Of a stretch of DNA of 64,000 bases, positions 41,540 through 57,409 are shown piece by piece. Source of the DNA: Eledone cirrhosa (taxonomy: Eukaryota). The number at the start of each line of letters is the position of its first letter. Positions within the stretch are counted from its first letter, which is position 1. The notes below the pieces were generated by a model. The model searched no databases. It was not told the origin of the DNA and saw only the letters and a list, made by a program, of their open reading frames with translations. Made by a program: the position numbers and the translations under genes. The stretch spans positions 192,510,001-192,574,000 of the forward strand of contig OZ024741.1 in NCBI GenBank assembly GCA_964016885.1, read 5' to 3'.

Positions 41540-42170
41540 CATATGTGTATTAACGTTTCGAAGCCTTCTCACCTCTATTTCGCGAATTAGAATGGTATTA
41601 CTTATGACGTATTGGTCACGTGCTTAGCTGTGGTCTCAAAGGACCGTAGCAGTGAAAGGAAATTTTCGAAGCCTCATTAAAAATTCTTCAGTAGTTGAAG
41701 CATTATTATAATTGGTTTCGAATATGTTTTATCTGATAGCATTAGAACCTCCATAGTTGTCTTATTTTGTTTGGAATTCTATATGGAATTGTAGTGTTAT
41801 CGACTTTTGTAGTCATATTTAATTTGCTTTAGCATGTACTGTATGGAAGTGTGCTCTGATGCCTCCTTGTATGTGTATGGTTATCCAACAGGAAAGTATC
41901 GTGCTTCTTTAATAGATGTAATGATTTTGATCATGAAATCCACAGCATTTATGTTTGCATTGAAATTTATAAACTACATTGGTCACTCTGAAATTTACCA
42001 GTCTGTGGTTTTGTGTTAATGACGAGGTTGGTTTTTATTTTAGCAGTATATTCTAACTACGAGTTTGTGGTTACGATCGATGCATATTGGTTTTCATTAA
42101 TGAGTTTTTAAAGACGTTTTCATCCATTCTATAACAAAGATGCATTTGGCACTTGTAGTATATATATTCT
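41540..42170 (-). mobile_element. Decayed PLE GIY-YIG 3' fragment
   Basis: Minus-strand translation near 41980-41900 gives RVTNVVYKFQCKHKCCGFHDQNHYI, a GIY-YIG N-terminal motif. Confidence 0.55.
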
Positions 42171-44045
42171 TTTAACTGGATAATGAGGCAGCAGAACAGT
42201 CAGTATAAATGACTCTTTTCATGACCGCCAAGATTGCTGAGAGGAAGGGAGGGAGGTATCTTTAAACCAGAAGCCTAACCATGGGTCAGGATGTGATGTT
42301 AAACAAGACGACACATTAATTATAATCCTTAATAACAGGAATAACCCAGATGACCGGATTCGACACAGTTTCTGCCTATCAAATTTCACTCAAAGATATG
42401 GTCGTCCCGAGCCATCATAATAGATAGTTGTAAAATGTGTCGTAATGAGGTCGGTCCGGAAACCACACATTTATTCCTGTCACATAATTAGAGCTTCGAT
42501 TCCATCGAATCGATCTACCGCCTAGAAGTCTATTCAAAATCTTAACTGTGTCACTGTAACTGTTCTTATAACACCTAACGGGGTCATAATGGCGCCGTCG
42601 TAACATCCGGCGTGTCTTGGCCATTTAAAACCTGATGAGGCCCATCTCTCTCCAGGCATAAATTCAACCGATTTCCTCCAAAGGAAAAAAACGAAGGGAG
42701 GCGAGAAGTAACCCCAGTACTAGTCTAGTATTTCATCCCGAAAGGATGAAAGGTAAAGTTGGCGCAGAGAGCCGGAACATATACTGCAATGCGTTCTATT
42801 CGACGCCCTAATGGCTCAGCCAATTTACATCCTTATTAGTCATCTCAATGTTTTGACACTCAACTGTTTTCATTTTATCTTGCAATTATAAGTTTATTGT
42901 CATCTCTATTTACTTTATCATTCAACTTCTTTTATCCATCTATTAATGATTTGTTTTCGTTACTACAGCTAGTTAATCATGGAACGCCTACACCTAAATT
43001 ATGTTTTCATTGCATTAAGTAGAAAAATATTTTCCATATTTTTCTTCTGCTCTTCTGCAATATTCTATTTTCAAGTGTCACAACAGTGAAATAGTCATGT
43101 TCAGTAAATCGCTTTTGGAATTCTCTCTGATGTATTTATGAGTCGATTATCTGTATAAGAATTAGGATTCTATAACTTCTGAAATCTTATCTAGATTTTT
43201 GCATTATTGTTGTAAACTTAACTTTTCTACATTTGTGTAGAAAGTCCATTCGTGTGGTGAAGGGGTTGTGTAGAGTAACATATTATAGGAAGTATTTGAT
43301 ACATTAGCACATTGATAGCCATGCTATTATCATAAGCAGGCAACATATACACCATACCAGTTACCACGCGTGGCCTTTTCCATGTTTATTAATATCTAAA
43401 ATAAATACAATCATGTGAAATCACAATGATTTGAATTAATTGCTTCAACCCTTTCGATTCAAAAACGGCTGACATCTCCAGTTTTATGTTACAAAATTAT
43501 TTATTTTGAAGTGTTTAAATCTATCTAAAAATCTTCTATCATGATTTTGTGTAACAACATTTCTTAAATTATTCTCCCAGCATCAGCAAAATAATGAGAA
43601 AGTTTATATTACTAAATCTTTCCATATTCTTGATTATATTTTAAGTGATTTGAAAACTATAGGCAATAACTTTCATTAGAAATCTGCTAAAGAAAAGGTT
43701 AAATTTTGCTGACAATCTTCAGTTCGTCTAGGAACGTTAATTTCTCATAATTGTTACATCCAACCGCATAAAAGATAGTTCACAATGCACAACATGCACA
43801 AAAATAAACAAATGAAATGAATAAACTAAAATTTACTATTATATATATATATATATATTATTCAAAATATTAACAAATGAAGATATTCACATAGTCAAAA
43901 TATATGCTTTATTATATATAATTACATAATTACACAAAATGTATAATTTTTCTAATCAGTAATTTTTCTCAATGCCTATTTTAGTGCTTGCGGGTATACA
44001 ATAGTCTTAGTTCTTCAATTAAGAGCTAAAAAGAGCATATTTCAG

Positions 44046-44177
<132 letters not shown>

Positions 44178-44276
44178 TATATCTATGGTTAATTTACAAA
44201 GCCGAGTCACCGGTAAACGTGTTAACCACAATGAATACAACTGCAATTAATAGTAAATAGCTATAAATAATAGTTG

Positions 44277-44349
<73 letters not shown>

Positions 44350-44761
44350 CGAAGGAATTGTGGTAAGGAACCAGATGGACCATAACGCACCAGAGTACTC
44401 AATACTTAGGGTAGTAGAGTGGGTAATAGGAAAAAGTATGACCCCGGCGGCAGAGCTCAAGCCGTTTCGACGGTTATTTCTGGACTCAGTCCAGAAATAG
44501 CCGTCGAAACGGCTTGAGCTCTGCCGTCGGGGTCATACTTTTTCCTATATATATATATATATTTAGAAAGTGAACAACACAATATATAACTACTCCATTA
44601 CCAAAGGTTTCAGGACCTTAGACAATATTAATATACGTCTAGATCGTTCACGAGACAGAGATGTTATGAATAGAAATTATGAAATGAGATTTAAAATCTA
44701 TTAAAAATTGGCAGTGAGGCTGGGAAAATAATGGAAATATATATATATATATATATATATG

Positions 44762-47536
44762 GGTAAATATTTTTAAGTCGTTTGGAAGCCTCGACAATGC
44801 AAATGGGTAAATCTCCGGGTAACAAGATCCGGTGGTGGAGAGAGAGATGTAAGTGGGTGTACATTGAGATGCGTGGTGTGTATAAGACGTGTAGAGGAAT
44901 GAAGGAAAGAGTATAAAGGATAAAATAAAAATAACAACACGAGAGAGAGTTACCTTGGGAGAGATTTAATTGTTCCTATATATTTCGGATTCAAATCCAT
45001 CAACTGGGGTTTTTTTCCGGGGTGGGGGAAAGGTTATCTGTCGGAAAGGTGCGAAACGCGTCCTCCGCTGTTTGTTGTTTTGAATATCTGAGGTATTCAG
45101 CAGAGCGCGCGTGCGCGTGAAATGGGATCGGTCGGACAGAGGTCAGCGGCCGAATGTGGGAGTGGGGTGGCGCTAGCTGTCAGTCCATTCTCTGCCTGTT
45201 TGTTAAATGTTACTGTGTGTGTGTGTGCGTGCGTTGTTGTCTCGCTTGAGTGGGTGTGTGTGTGCGTGTGTTGTTGCCTTGTTCCTCTGTATTGGCAGTG
45301 TAGTATGTTCGTATGGTGGAATGCTACTGTGTGTGTGTGCGTGTGTAGTTGTCTCGTTTGTGTGTATGTGTGCGTGTGTTGCTGCATCGTTTGTTAACTT
45401 AAACCAGCCACCTCATTTCGCTTCTCTCGGATCGATTGTTTATTTGCGGTGCCAGACTACCCACCTTCTACCACCTCGTGAAAACACACAAACAGGGACC
45501 CGACCTGAAGATCAGGCCCATTGTATCGAGCGTGGAGGGACCACTCTACAAAATTTCATGGCTCCTAGCCAGAATACTCCAACCCATCTTAAACATCTTG
45601 TCGGGACACGTTAACAGCTCCGAGGAGGTGTTGAAGCGCCTGCATCAAATGGATCCCGACACCAGAAGGAATAACAGATATGCCTTCAGCCTTGATGTAG
45701 TCGCTCTCTACACCTCGGTCCCGGCACTCTCGGCCGTCAATATACTGATGGAACGCGTCCAATCCACCGACCTACACTGCTTCCGGCTCACCACCACTGA
45801 CATCCACCAACTCCTATCCATCGTCGTCGACAACACCTACTTCGGATTCCTTGACCAAACATACCAACAAACCTCGGGACTGCCCATGGGGGTAGCCTGT
45901 CGGATGTGCTAGCGATTTCTTACATGGACAACCTCGAGCGCAAGGCACTCAACGCCTGCCACCCCAACGCCGTCGCCTTTTTCTCAAGGTACGTGGACGA
46001 TATCCTCATCCTCACATCTTCCCAAGATACGGCGAACAGAATCTATGAGACGTTCAATAACACGGACGAGAACATTGACTCCAGTGTTGAACACCCCAAC
46101 GAAGACGGGTCACTTGCCCTCCTCGACTTCCGAATCAACATCACGGAACAGGGAAGGATCCACTGCAACTTCTACCGAAAGGCAGCCTGCAGGGACCTAT
46201 TCGTTCACTACAAGTTCGCCCTCCCTAACAGTGCCAAAAGAGGATACATCACGAACGAGATCGCGCGAATTAAAAACAGATGCAGCGATCCCGCGAGTGG
46301 TGTCACTCATACCAAGCGATTCCTCGAGGTGCTGGAGACGAACGGGTACCCTACCTCGCTCGCAGACAGAGTAAGAGATACCAGACACAAGAGACAGAGA
46401 GGCACCCAAGGCAAGTGCTTCCTTAAAATGCCACACCTGGGCGAGAATACCACCAACGCTATCCGCAAGGCTATACGGAGGGAGGGCCTCGACATCCACC
46501 TGGCCCACACAGGCCCCTCCCTGCGAAGATGCCTCTCCAGGAAACCCTGGAAATCTACTGACGCGTGTTCCCTCAGAGACTGCCCGATTCGCCATGCGAA
46601 CTGTTGCCTACGCACATACGTCGTGTATAAGATAGAATGTGACAGGTGCAACCAATACTATATAGGTAGCACAATCCGACCTTTGCACATCCGGATCAAG
46701 GAACACACTAAAACAAGGGCCTCGTCTTTCCGGAAACACATAGACAAATGCGGAAACAAAGACGGAAGGCCCATTGTCACAATTCTAGCGACTGAAAGAA
46801 ACGTCGGCACGTTACGTATCAAGGAAGCGCTTTTTATCAAACGCCTGGCGCCGCAAATAAACAATCGATCCGAGAGAAGCGAAATGAGGTGGCTGGTTTA
46901 AGTTAACAAACGATGCAGCAACACACGCACACACACACACAGACGAGACAACTACACACGCACACACGCACAGTAGCATTCCACCATACGAACATACTAC
47001 ACTGCCAATACAGAGGAACAAGGCAACAACACACGCACACACACACCCACTCAAGCGAGACAACAACGCACGCACACACACACAGTAACATTTAACAGAT
47101 AGGCAGAGAATGGACTGACAGCTAGCGCCACCCCACTCCCACATTCGGCCGCTGACCTCTGTCCGAGCGACCCCATTTCACGCGCACGCGCGCTCTGCTG
47201 AATACCTCAGATATTCAAAACAACAAACAGCGGAGGACGCGTTTCGCATCTTTCCGACAGACAACCTTTCCCCCACCCCAGAAAAAAACCCCAGTTGATG
47301 GATGTGAATCCGAAATATATAGGGACAATTAAATCTCTCCCAAGGTAACTCTCTCTCGTGTTGTTATTTTAATTTTATCCTTTATACTCTTTCCTTCATT
47401 CCTCTACACGTCTTATACACACCACGCATCTCAACGTACATCCACTTACATCTCTCTCTCCACCACCGGATCTTGTTACCCGGAGATTTACCCATTTGCA
47501 TTGTCGAGGCTTCCAAACGACTTAAAGATATTTACC
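44762..47536 (+). mobile_element. 5'-truncated Penelope-like element with ~695-bp inverted pseudo-LTR arms
   Basis: 44762-45457 is the reverse complement of 46844-47536. Internal RT+GIY-YIG ORF; flanked by (TA)n. Confidence 0.93.
45458..46901 (+). pseudogene. PLE RT + GIY-YIG polyprotein (one frameshift near 45890)
   Basis: KIRPIVS, FSLDVVALYTSVP, GLPMG, FSRYVDDIL, then VVYKIECDRCNQYYIGSTIRPLHIRIKEH and IKEALFIKRLAPQIN. Confidence 0.92.
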
Positions 47537-47574
47537 TATTATTCCACAATGCTTCAAGCAAACTTCAATACTCT

Positions 47575-47676
<102 letters not shown>

Positions 47677-50239
47677 TACCAAAGTCGCCTTGAAAAAAAA
47701 GACTGTAAATACTGGGGTTGGTATAATCGACCAAACCCCTGAAAGTATTGCCTCAGCATGGTCATATTCCAGTAGCTAAAATAACTAAAGAATAAAAAAA
47801 CAACTTAGATTGTCCTCTAAATGCATGTCTGCATCGAGAAAGCCGTAAAACATTTTTATGTATGTTGCTTCGTCATGTTTGCTCTTAGAATAACTTCTTT
47901 GCTTGCAGGTTTCTCCTATAGGAAACAAATGGCTGTTATTGAGCTTTTATTTGTTTTATTTTATAATGTCTTCATCTTGTTTCCACCATTAGTAAACCGT
48001 ATTTAGAGTCCCGCTGATATAATGGAAAAAAAAAAGAGGAAAAACCAGCACACATGCAAACAAAATCGTTTAGTGTTATATTTTTAAAGGTTATTTCGCT
48101 CGGGGCATTGCATTTCCGGTTAGTTTGTGCTCTTTAAATGAATCTATATCAGCGAAGGAGCAGTAGATTATGTCTTGACTGAAATACATCGAAGTATAAA
48201 TATCTAGAATCTGAGGGTTAAAACATCTCAATGCAGAATCAAAGAAAACCAGCTGTAAAATGGATAAAAAAAAAAAATAGCAGATTTCTTCCAGAGATAG
48301 GTAGAGAAAGAAGGAATGGAAGTGAGAAATAAACACAGATGTAGAATCGACCCTAGTACTAGACTGGTACTTTGTTTATCGACCTTGAATGGATGAAAGG
48401 TAAAGTTGACCTCAGTGAGCCGAAAAAATACCTCAAAGCATTCTATCCGACGTTCCAATGTATTTTATCCGCAACTCCTGATAGAGTTATTGGGCACTTT
48501 AAAACTGGCTAAGCCTATTACCCCTCCAGATCGTAACTGAGAGTGAGAAAGAGCAAGAAATATAGAGGAAGATTCGACCCTATTACCTGACTAGTACTTT
48601 CTTTATCGGCCTCAAAAAGATGAAAAGCAAATTCGCCACCTTTCCTCTCTTTGATTTTTCAGTTTACTACATTGAAACTTCGGAGTTGCATTTGTTTGGC
48701 AAATCATTTGATCTGAACCCGTGTATGAAAACTGAAGCAAATACATTGTGGAAGAGACATTTTAGCTATTAATTTTTATTTGATTTGCGTTGTGCGACGA
48801 AAAATTTGAGACTTCACGATGATTTTTGTGTGTGTTTTCCAGAATATAATTATTATATTGAAACTGCTCTTAAATAAAGTACTCCTACTCTAAGAATAAA
48901 GGGTGATGAAGAAATAGTCGTTCATACTTTTCCCACTGATGTTTGTACGGCGAGTGAAATGAAATATTTTTCAATGGTATTTCCATTTTTGTTGTTTACC
49001 CCATATCCCGGTCAGTTCTGAATAGCAAAACATCCGTTAAAGGTGTTGTATCCATGAAAATCCCGTCATTTATATCTAGGAATATATTATCCAATATGTC
49101 TGCTCCCATTTTCAAGGCGGTAAAGTCTAACTTGATGGAGCTTTGGTCTGCTCTTTCTAGCAGGTCTAGTAATTCTATAACAGACCCTTTGCTGGTTTTG
49201 GTACATTTCTGGGTGCAATATATTCTATATCAGCAATGAAAAATATAGAAACACTGAATTTCAATATATATGTTGAATCCAACATAGGATCCTCTTCGTG
49301 GTTTATCGTCCTGCTCAAAACAGCAGTCAAACCACCCTCATTTCACACCCTACAATTTTAAAAATGAATGGTACATTACAACGTTTATATTATGAATCTT
49401 TTCGTTCCGTATGATACCGTGTTTGGCTGTTTCTTTCTTGTATACATGCATAACATGGTTTATTTTATCTTAAGTATTATGCTTCAATGAAGAATTCTAT
49501 AAGAACGAGACATATCCAATTCATTCTCCTGTAATTGTCGAAATTATTTTAAAAGTACTAACAATTAAGATAATGTTTTCTTTCTCAGGACATAAGTATT
49601 TCATGCTATAATTTTCATTCTCACACTATTATTGTGCGGCGAATTGGCAGAATCGTTAGAACGTCAGGTGGAATGCTTTGTGGGTATTCGTTTCGGTTCT
49701 CTGCGCTCTCTGAGTTGAGATCTTACCGAGGCTAACTTCGCTTTTCATTTCTGTAAGAAATCAATCACGTTCAGATCTGGAGAGATGCGCTCTGCAAGGT
49801 TTAAACCCGGCAGAACCCATGTCACGACGGTGCCCTCCAGCTCCACCAAGAATGACGAGTCCATACATACATACACATAGATGAATCAAACAACATTAAT
49901 AGTAAAAGAAGGAGAGCAGTGAAATAATTAAGAATTAAGATTGTGAGGATTAATTCATATAACAGAGAAGATCGGATACGGTAGTTACTGATAATAGAAC
50001 ATACCGCATTGGCATATCACTGCTCCATTGTATTATCATATCTGTGGTCTCCAATAACAATATTTTGGGACCCAACTATAACAATATTGCGGACAATAGA
50101 CAAGAAGCAGTGATATGCCAATGCGGTGGACCACTGGTATAACAATATTTTGGATCACAGATATGACACCATGGAGGATCAATGGTATAAAAACATTGCA
50201 ATAGCTGTTGTACCCCATATCGTAATACCAGAGTAATAC

Positions 50240-50625
50240 TTGTGGACCACCATATTGTAATACCTGTGGTCTACTAATTGTAATATCTGTTATCAAACAT
50301 ATTGTAATATCTGTGGTCTACCATATTGTGATACCTATGGTCTACCATATTGTGATACCTGTGGTCTACTATATTGTAATATCTGTTATCTACCATATTG
50401 TAATACCTGTGGTCTACCATATTGTGATACCTGTGGTCTACTATATTGTAATATCTGTTATCTACCATATTGTAATACCTGTGGTCTACCATATTGTGAT
50501 ACCTGTGGTCTACTATATTGTAATATCTGTTATCTACCATATTGTAATACCTGTGGTCTACCATATTGTAACATCTGTGGTCCGCCATATTGTAATATCT
50601 GTGGACCACCATATTGTAATACATG
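50240..50625. repeat. 24-bp minisatellite
   Basis: catattgtaatacctgtggtctac repeated. Explains the NMVDHRYY ORF. Confidence 0.92.
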
Positions 50626-50699
50626 TGACACACAATTCGAAATTTGATAGTGGGAGGCATTCAGTCGGACGCTCCACCGGTTAAACAATTTGGCTGTAG

Positions 50700-53600
50700 T
50701 AAATTTCTATGCCGACTACAATATGTGTGACGACTATTATATATTGTGGACTGACAGTATCGGTAGAGGGTCGGAGGAAATACTTTTCAGCAAAGAGTTA
50801 CGGCCCTTTATGGTCTGAGTTCAAATCCCGCAGAGCTTAACTTTGCCTTTCATCTTACGGGGTCGAAAAAATAAAGTACCAGCAATACACTGGATTATTG
50901 CTGGCCTTGGGCCAAAAGTAGAAACAATTATATATAACCAACGACGCTATAATATGTCTGCCGACAATTATATTTATCGGTAGTGGGTCGGACATGCTTT
51001 CTAGCATGGTTATGTCCATATATGATCTAATTTCAAATCCAGCCGAGGTTAACTTTGCCTCTCATCCATATGGGGTCGATAAAATAAAGTACAAGTAATG
51101 CACTGGGTAATTGCTAGCCTTGTGCCAAAAGTAGAAACAATTATAAATAGCCAACGACACTACAATATGTCTGACGACTATTATATATAGCTAACGACAC
51201 TACAATATGTCTGACGACTATTATATATAGCTAACGATACTACAATATGTCTGACGACTATTATATATAGCTAACGACACTACAATATGTCTGACGACTA
51301 TTATATATAACCAACGACACTACAATATGTCTGACGACTATTATATATAACCAACGACACTACAATATGTCTGATGAATATTATATATAACCAACGAGAC
51401 TACAATATGTCTACCGAATATTATATATAACAAACGACACTACAATATGTCTGACGACTATTATATATAACCAACGATATTATAATATATCTGACGACTA
51501 TTATATATAACCAACGACACTACAATATGTCTACCGAATATTATATATAACAAACGACACTACAATATGTCTGACGACTATTATATATAGCCAACGACAC
51601 TACAATATGTCTACCGAATATTATATATAACAAACAACACTACAATATGTCTGACGACTATTATATATAACCAACGACACTACAGTATGTCTGACGACTA
51701 TTATATATAATCAACGACACTGCAATATGTCTGACGACTATTATATATAATCAACGACACTGCAATATGTCTGACGACTATTATATATAGCCAGCGGCAC
51801 TACATTATGTCTGACGACTATTATACATAACCGACGACACTATAATATGTCTGACGACTATTATATATAACCAACGACACTACAATATGTCTGACGACTA
51901 TTATATATAACCAGCGGCACTACATTATGTCTGACGACTATTATACATAACCAACGACACTATAATATGTCTGACGACTATTATATATAACCAACGACAC
52001 TACAATATGTCTGACGACTATTATATATAACCAACGACACTACAATATGGCTGACGACTATTATATATAACTAATGGCACTTCAATATGTCTGACGACTA
52101 TTATATATAATCAACGACACTGCAATATGTCTGACGACTATTATATATGACCAAAGGCACTACATTATGTCTGACGACTATTATATATAACCAACGACAC
52201 TATAATATGTCTGACGACTATTATATATAACCAACGACACTACAATATGTCTGACGACTATTATATATAGCCAATGACACTACAATATGTCTGACGACTA
52301 TTATATATGACCAACGACACTACCATATGTCTGACGACTATTATATATAACCAACGACACTACAATATGTCTGACGACTATTATATATAACTAACGACAC
52401 TACAATATGTCTGACGACTATTATATATAGCCAACGACACTACAATATGTCTGACGACAATTATATATAACCTACGACACTACAATATGTCTGACGACTA
52501 TTATATATAGCCAACGACACTAAAATATATCTGACGACTATTATATATAGCCAAAGACACTACAATATGTCTGACGACTATTATATATAGCCAACGACAC
52601 TACAATATATCTGACGACTATTATATATAAACAAGGACACTACAATATGTCTAACGACTATTATATATAACCAACGACACTACAATATGTCTAACGACTA
52701 TTATATATAACCAACGACACTACAATATGTCTAACGACTATTATATATAACCAACGACACTATAATTTGTCTGACGACTATCATATATAACCAACAGCAC
52801 TACAATATGTCTGACGACTATTATATATAACCAACGACACTACAATATGTCTACCGAATATTATATATAACAAACAACACTACAATATGTCTGACGACTA
52901 TTATATATAACCAACGACACTACAGTATGTCTGACGACTATTATATATAATCAACGACACTGCAATATGTCTGACGACTATTATATATAATCAACGACAC
53001 TGCAATATGTCTGACGACTATTATATATAGCCAGCGGCACTACATTATGTCTGACGACTATTATACATAACCGACGACACTATAATATGTCTGACGACTA
53101 TTATATATAACCAACGACACTACAATATGTCTGACGACTATTATATATAACCAGCGGCACTACATTATGTCTGACGACTATTATACATAACCAACGACAC
53201 TATAATATGTCTGACGACTATTATATATAACCAACGACACTACAATATGTCTGACGACTATTATATATAACCAACGACACTACAATATGGCTGACGACTA
53301 TTATATATAACTAATGGCACTTCAATATGTCTGACGACTATTATATATAATCAACGACACTGCAATATGTCTGACGACTATTATATATAACCAAAGGCAC
53401 TACATTATGTCTGACGACTATTATATATAACCAACGACACTATAATATGTCTGACGACTATTATATATAACCAACGACACTACAATATGTCTGACGACTA
53501 TTATATATAGCCAATGACACTACAATATGTCTGACGACTATTATATATGACCAACGACACTACAATATGTCTGACGACTATTATATATAACCAACGACAC

Positions 53601-54870
53601 TACAATATGTCTGACGACTATTATATATAACTAACGACACTACAATATGTCTGACGACTATTATATATAGCCAACGACACTACAATATGTCTGACGACAA
53701 TTATATATAACCTACGACACTACAATATGTCTGACGACTATTATATATAGCCAACGACACTACAATATATCTGACGACTATTATATATAAACAAGGACAC
53801 TACAATATGTCTAACGACTATTATATATAACCAACGACACTACAATATGTCTAACGACTATTATATATAACCAACGACACTACAATATGTCTAACGACTA
53901 TTATATATAACCAACGACACTATAATTTGTCTGACGACTATCATATATAACCAACAGCACTACAATATGTCTGACGACTATTATATATAACCAACGACTC
54001 TACAATATGTCTGACGACTATTATATATAACCAACAGCACTACAATATGTCTGACGACTATTATATATAACCAACGACACTACAATATGTCTGACGACAC
54101 TACAATATGTCTGACGACTATTATATATAGCTAACGACACTACAATATGTCTAACGACTATTATATATAACCAACGACACTACAATATGTCTGACGACTA
54201 TTATATATAACCAACGACACTACAATATGTCTGACGACTATTATATATAGCCAACGGCACTACAGTATGTCTGACGACTATTATATATAACCAACGACAC
54301 TACAATATGTCTGACGACTATTATATATAACCTACGACACTACAATATGTCTGACGACTATTATATATAACCTACGACACTACAATATGTCTGACTACTA
54401 TTATATATAACCAACGACACTACAATATGTCTGACGTCTATTATATATAACCAACGGCACTATAATATGTCTGACGTCTATTATATATAACCTACGACAC
54501 TACAATATGTCTGACGACTATTATATATAACCAACGGTACTACTAGGGCGGTGGATTGGCAGTATCGGTAGAGGGTCGGACGCCATGCTTTCCAGCATAG
54601 TTACGTCCCTTTACCATCTGAGTTCAAATCCCGCCGAGGTTGACTTTGCCTTTCATCCTTACGGGGTCGATAAAATAAAGTACCAGTAATGCACTGGTAA
54701 TTGCTGGCCTTGTGCCTAAAGTAGAAACAATTATATATAACCAACGACACTACAATATGTCTGACGTCTATTATATATAGCCAACGGTACTACAGTATGT
54801 CTGACGTCTATTATATATAACCAACGACACTACAGTATGTCTGACGACTATTATATATAACCGAGGACAC
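50700..54870. repeat. 40-bp tandem satellite (~90 units) with three SINE insertions
   Basis: Unit ccaacgacactacaatatgtctgacgactattatatataa. SINEs at ~50750-50930, ~50975-51143 and 54546-54733. Confidence 0.96.
54546..54733 (+). mobile_element. Young full-length tRNA-type SINE
   Basis: Close to family consensus. Confidence 0.88.
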
Positions 54871-55165
54871 AATTACACGTCGTTCGTTGCTATATTTGTT
54901 ATTAACTTCGTTGTTATTTCTAATGTTGTTATTGTTGATGTCGTTGTTGTCGGTCGCTATGGTCAACTGCACTAATTAAATCTTTGCTGAAATTCCTACT
55001 AATGAGTATATCTAAATTATATTTGTAATGAAGACATCAGTTGGGTTAGTGGTCATTGTCGTTCGAAAGAAAAGAGGGGAAGAGAAGAGGAAGGATGGAA
55101 AGAAAGAAAGAAGAGAGGAGAAAATAATGGAGAAAGAGAGCGAGAAAGAGAGGGAGAGTGTGACA

Positions 55166-55208
<43 letters not shown>

Positions 55209-55376
55209 TAAGGTGATACCCAGAAACATTAGTGTCTGCAGTTCTATTTACATGCCAACACAAGACCAAGAATGAAGGGTTCATTCTACTGACATGGCTT
55301 TAAAAATGAGGCATGTTTGCATAATTGCAAACGAAGGGAATGTTATTATTAATATTTGAAAACTTCAGATTACATT

Positions 55377-55446
<70 letters not shown>

Positions 55447-55481
55447 GGGGGAGAGAGAGAGAAAGTGTGTGTGTGTGTGAA

Positions 55482-55558
<77 letters not shown>

Positions 55559-55819
55559 GCAGTGCGAAAATAAAAATAAAAAAGAAAGGTGAAATTTTGA
55601 CATTTTGAGATAACAAATGAGGACGCATCTACTTAGTCACTGGATGTACAAGAAATAGTAGCTAAACTACTTCAGCCCAGCCCAATCTCCGGCATCTTAC
55701 AATAACGACACATTAAATACTTGTCTTAGTGTATCTGCAATAAAAAACTGGACGGCCATAGTGATAACATCTTTAATCTCAGCTTTGATAGAGCAGAGCT
55801 GACTTGCAGCTTAAACAAT

Positions 55820-56162
55820 AATTGTTTCTACTTGGCACAAAGTCAACAATTACCCCAGTGCATTACTGGTATTTTATTTTATCGACCCCGTAAGGATTAA
55901 GGCAAAGTTAACCTCGGCGGGATTTGAACTCAGAACGCAAAGCGCCATAACTCTATGTTGCAAAGCGGGTTAAAGAATAATTGCTTCTACTTTAGGCACA
56001 AGGCCAGCAATTACCCAGTACATTACTGGTACTTTATTTTATCGACCCCGATAAGCATGAAAGGAAATGTCAACCTCGGCGAGATTTGAACTCAGATCGT
56101 AAAGGGACGTAACTATGCTAGAAAGCATGGCGTCCGACTCTCTAGCGATACTGCCAATCCAC
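55820..56162 (-). mobile_element. Two tandem SINE copies
   Basis: Reverse complements of the family consensus. Confidence 0.82.
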
Positions 56163-57409
56163 TAATAATACCGCCACCATTGCCACCTCTCCACTCATCA
56201 GTAGCAACAACAACAACATAACAGCCAATTCTGGTATTTCTTTGTTATTTGACCCAATGCTAAGCTGTTCCATATTAACTTTCAGTTTCCCGATAAATGT
56301 TTCATTTTCATACCTGGCATTGGTCGCGTATTTACCAGTCTTTCATTCCTTCCACATCATCTTCTCCTTGTTAAATCAGGTAGGAAAATTCACAGCCCTT
56401 GAACCAATATTTTTTTCCAGGTCCTCAAAAACGGGTCGGTGAAAAGATGGAAGTTGTTCTTAAACATAATACTAAAGACAAGCAATTACCATATATATAT
56501 GTAAGTGTATGCATGGATTCGTAACTCCTGGTGGAATCGTAGGGGCGCCCCTACGGCGTTTTGGGGACATTTTAAACCTAGCGGAGCGCATCCCTTCTCC
56601 AGGTATGTACACAGTCTATTTCTTCTAGGGAAGGAGAGAGGTGATAGAGAAGAAGTGAGAAAGAGATATAGGGGAAGAATCAATATCAGAACTGAACTGG
56701 TACCTTTGTATCGACCTCGAAAGGATGAAAGGCAAAGTTGACCTCGGTGGGATTTCAATTCAGAGCGCAGAGAATCGCAAGGAATCTTGGTAAGCTTTCT
56801 ACACGACATTCTCACAATTCAGTGGCTTCAATGATTATATAGTGACTTTAAACAGAACGCAAAGATCCCGAAAAATATCACTCTTTTAACAATGTTACTC
56901 CATTGTTATAGACTGGAACTTTATTTTCTTGACCCTAAATTGATGAAAAGCAAAGACGACTTCGGTGAAATTTGTATTAATTGCACAGTGAGTGGAACAA
57001 ATACCGCTAGGCATTTTGTAACATGCTCTAATGACTTAGCTAGGAATGGTGAACAATATGGAACTTTTTCTCGATTTTTCTCTTTTTTCATGTTTGTTGA
57101 TATCTATAATTGTTTCTACTTTTGGCACAAGGCCAGCAATTACCGCAGTGCATTACTGGTACTTTATTTAACGACCCTTTAAGGATGAAAGGCAAAGTTA
57201 ACTTATATATATATATATATGTATATATATGTGTGCGTGTGCATACTTAAATGTGTGTATCAGCTGTGCTAGGGCGAGAAATAAAATTATATATATATAT
57301 ATTTTTAGGAACGATCGACTTTCGTCAAATCGGACCGAGGAAACAATGTTTCCGTTGGTCTTTCCAGTTGCTAATACTATTTATCGGTCGCAACCCCGGG
57401 TAGAAGGAG

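Noticed and set aside
43150-43400. Possible FN3-like exon remnant on the minus strand (WYGVYVAC)
   Set aside because: Multiple stops and too little similarity to support.
44461-44520. GAAAC motif in the small fold-back family as a hammerhead
   Set aside because: No CTGANGA partner and no pairing stem III.
50700-54870. CRISPR-like appearance of regular 40-bp repeats
   Set aside because: Head-to-tail satellite with no unique spacers; eukaryotic context and no cas genes.
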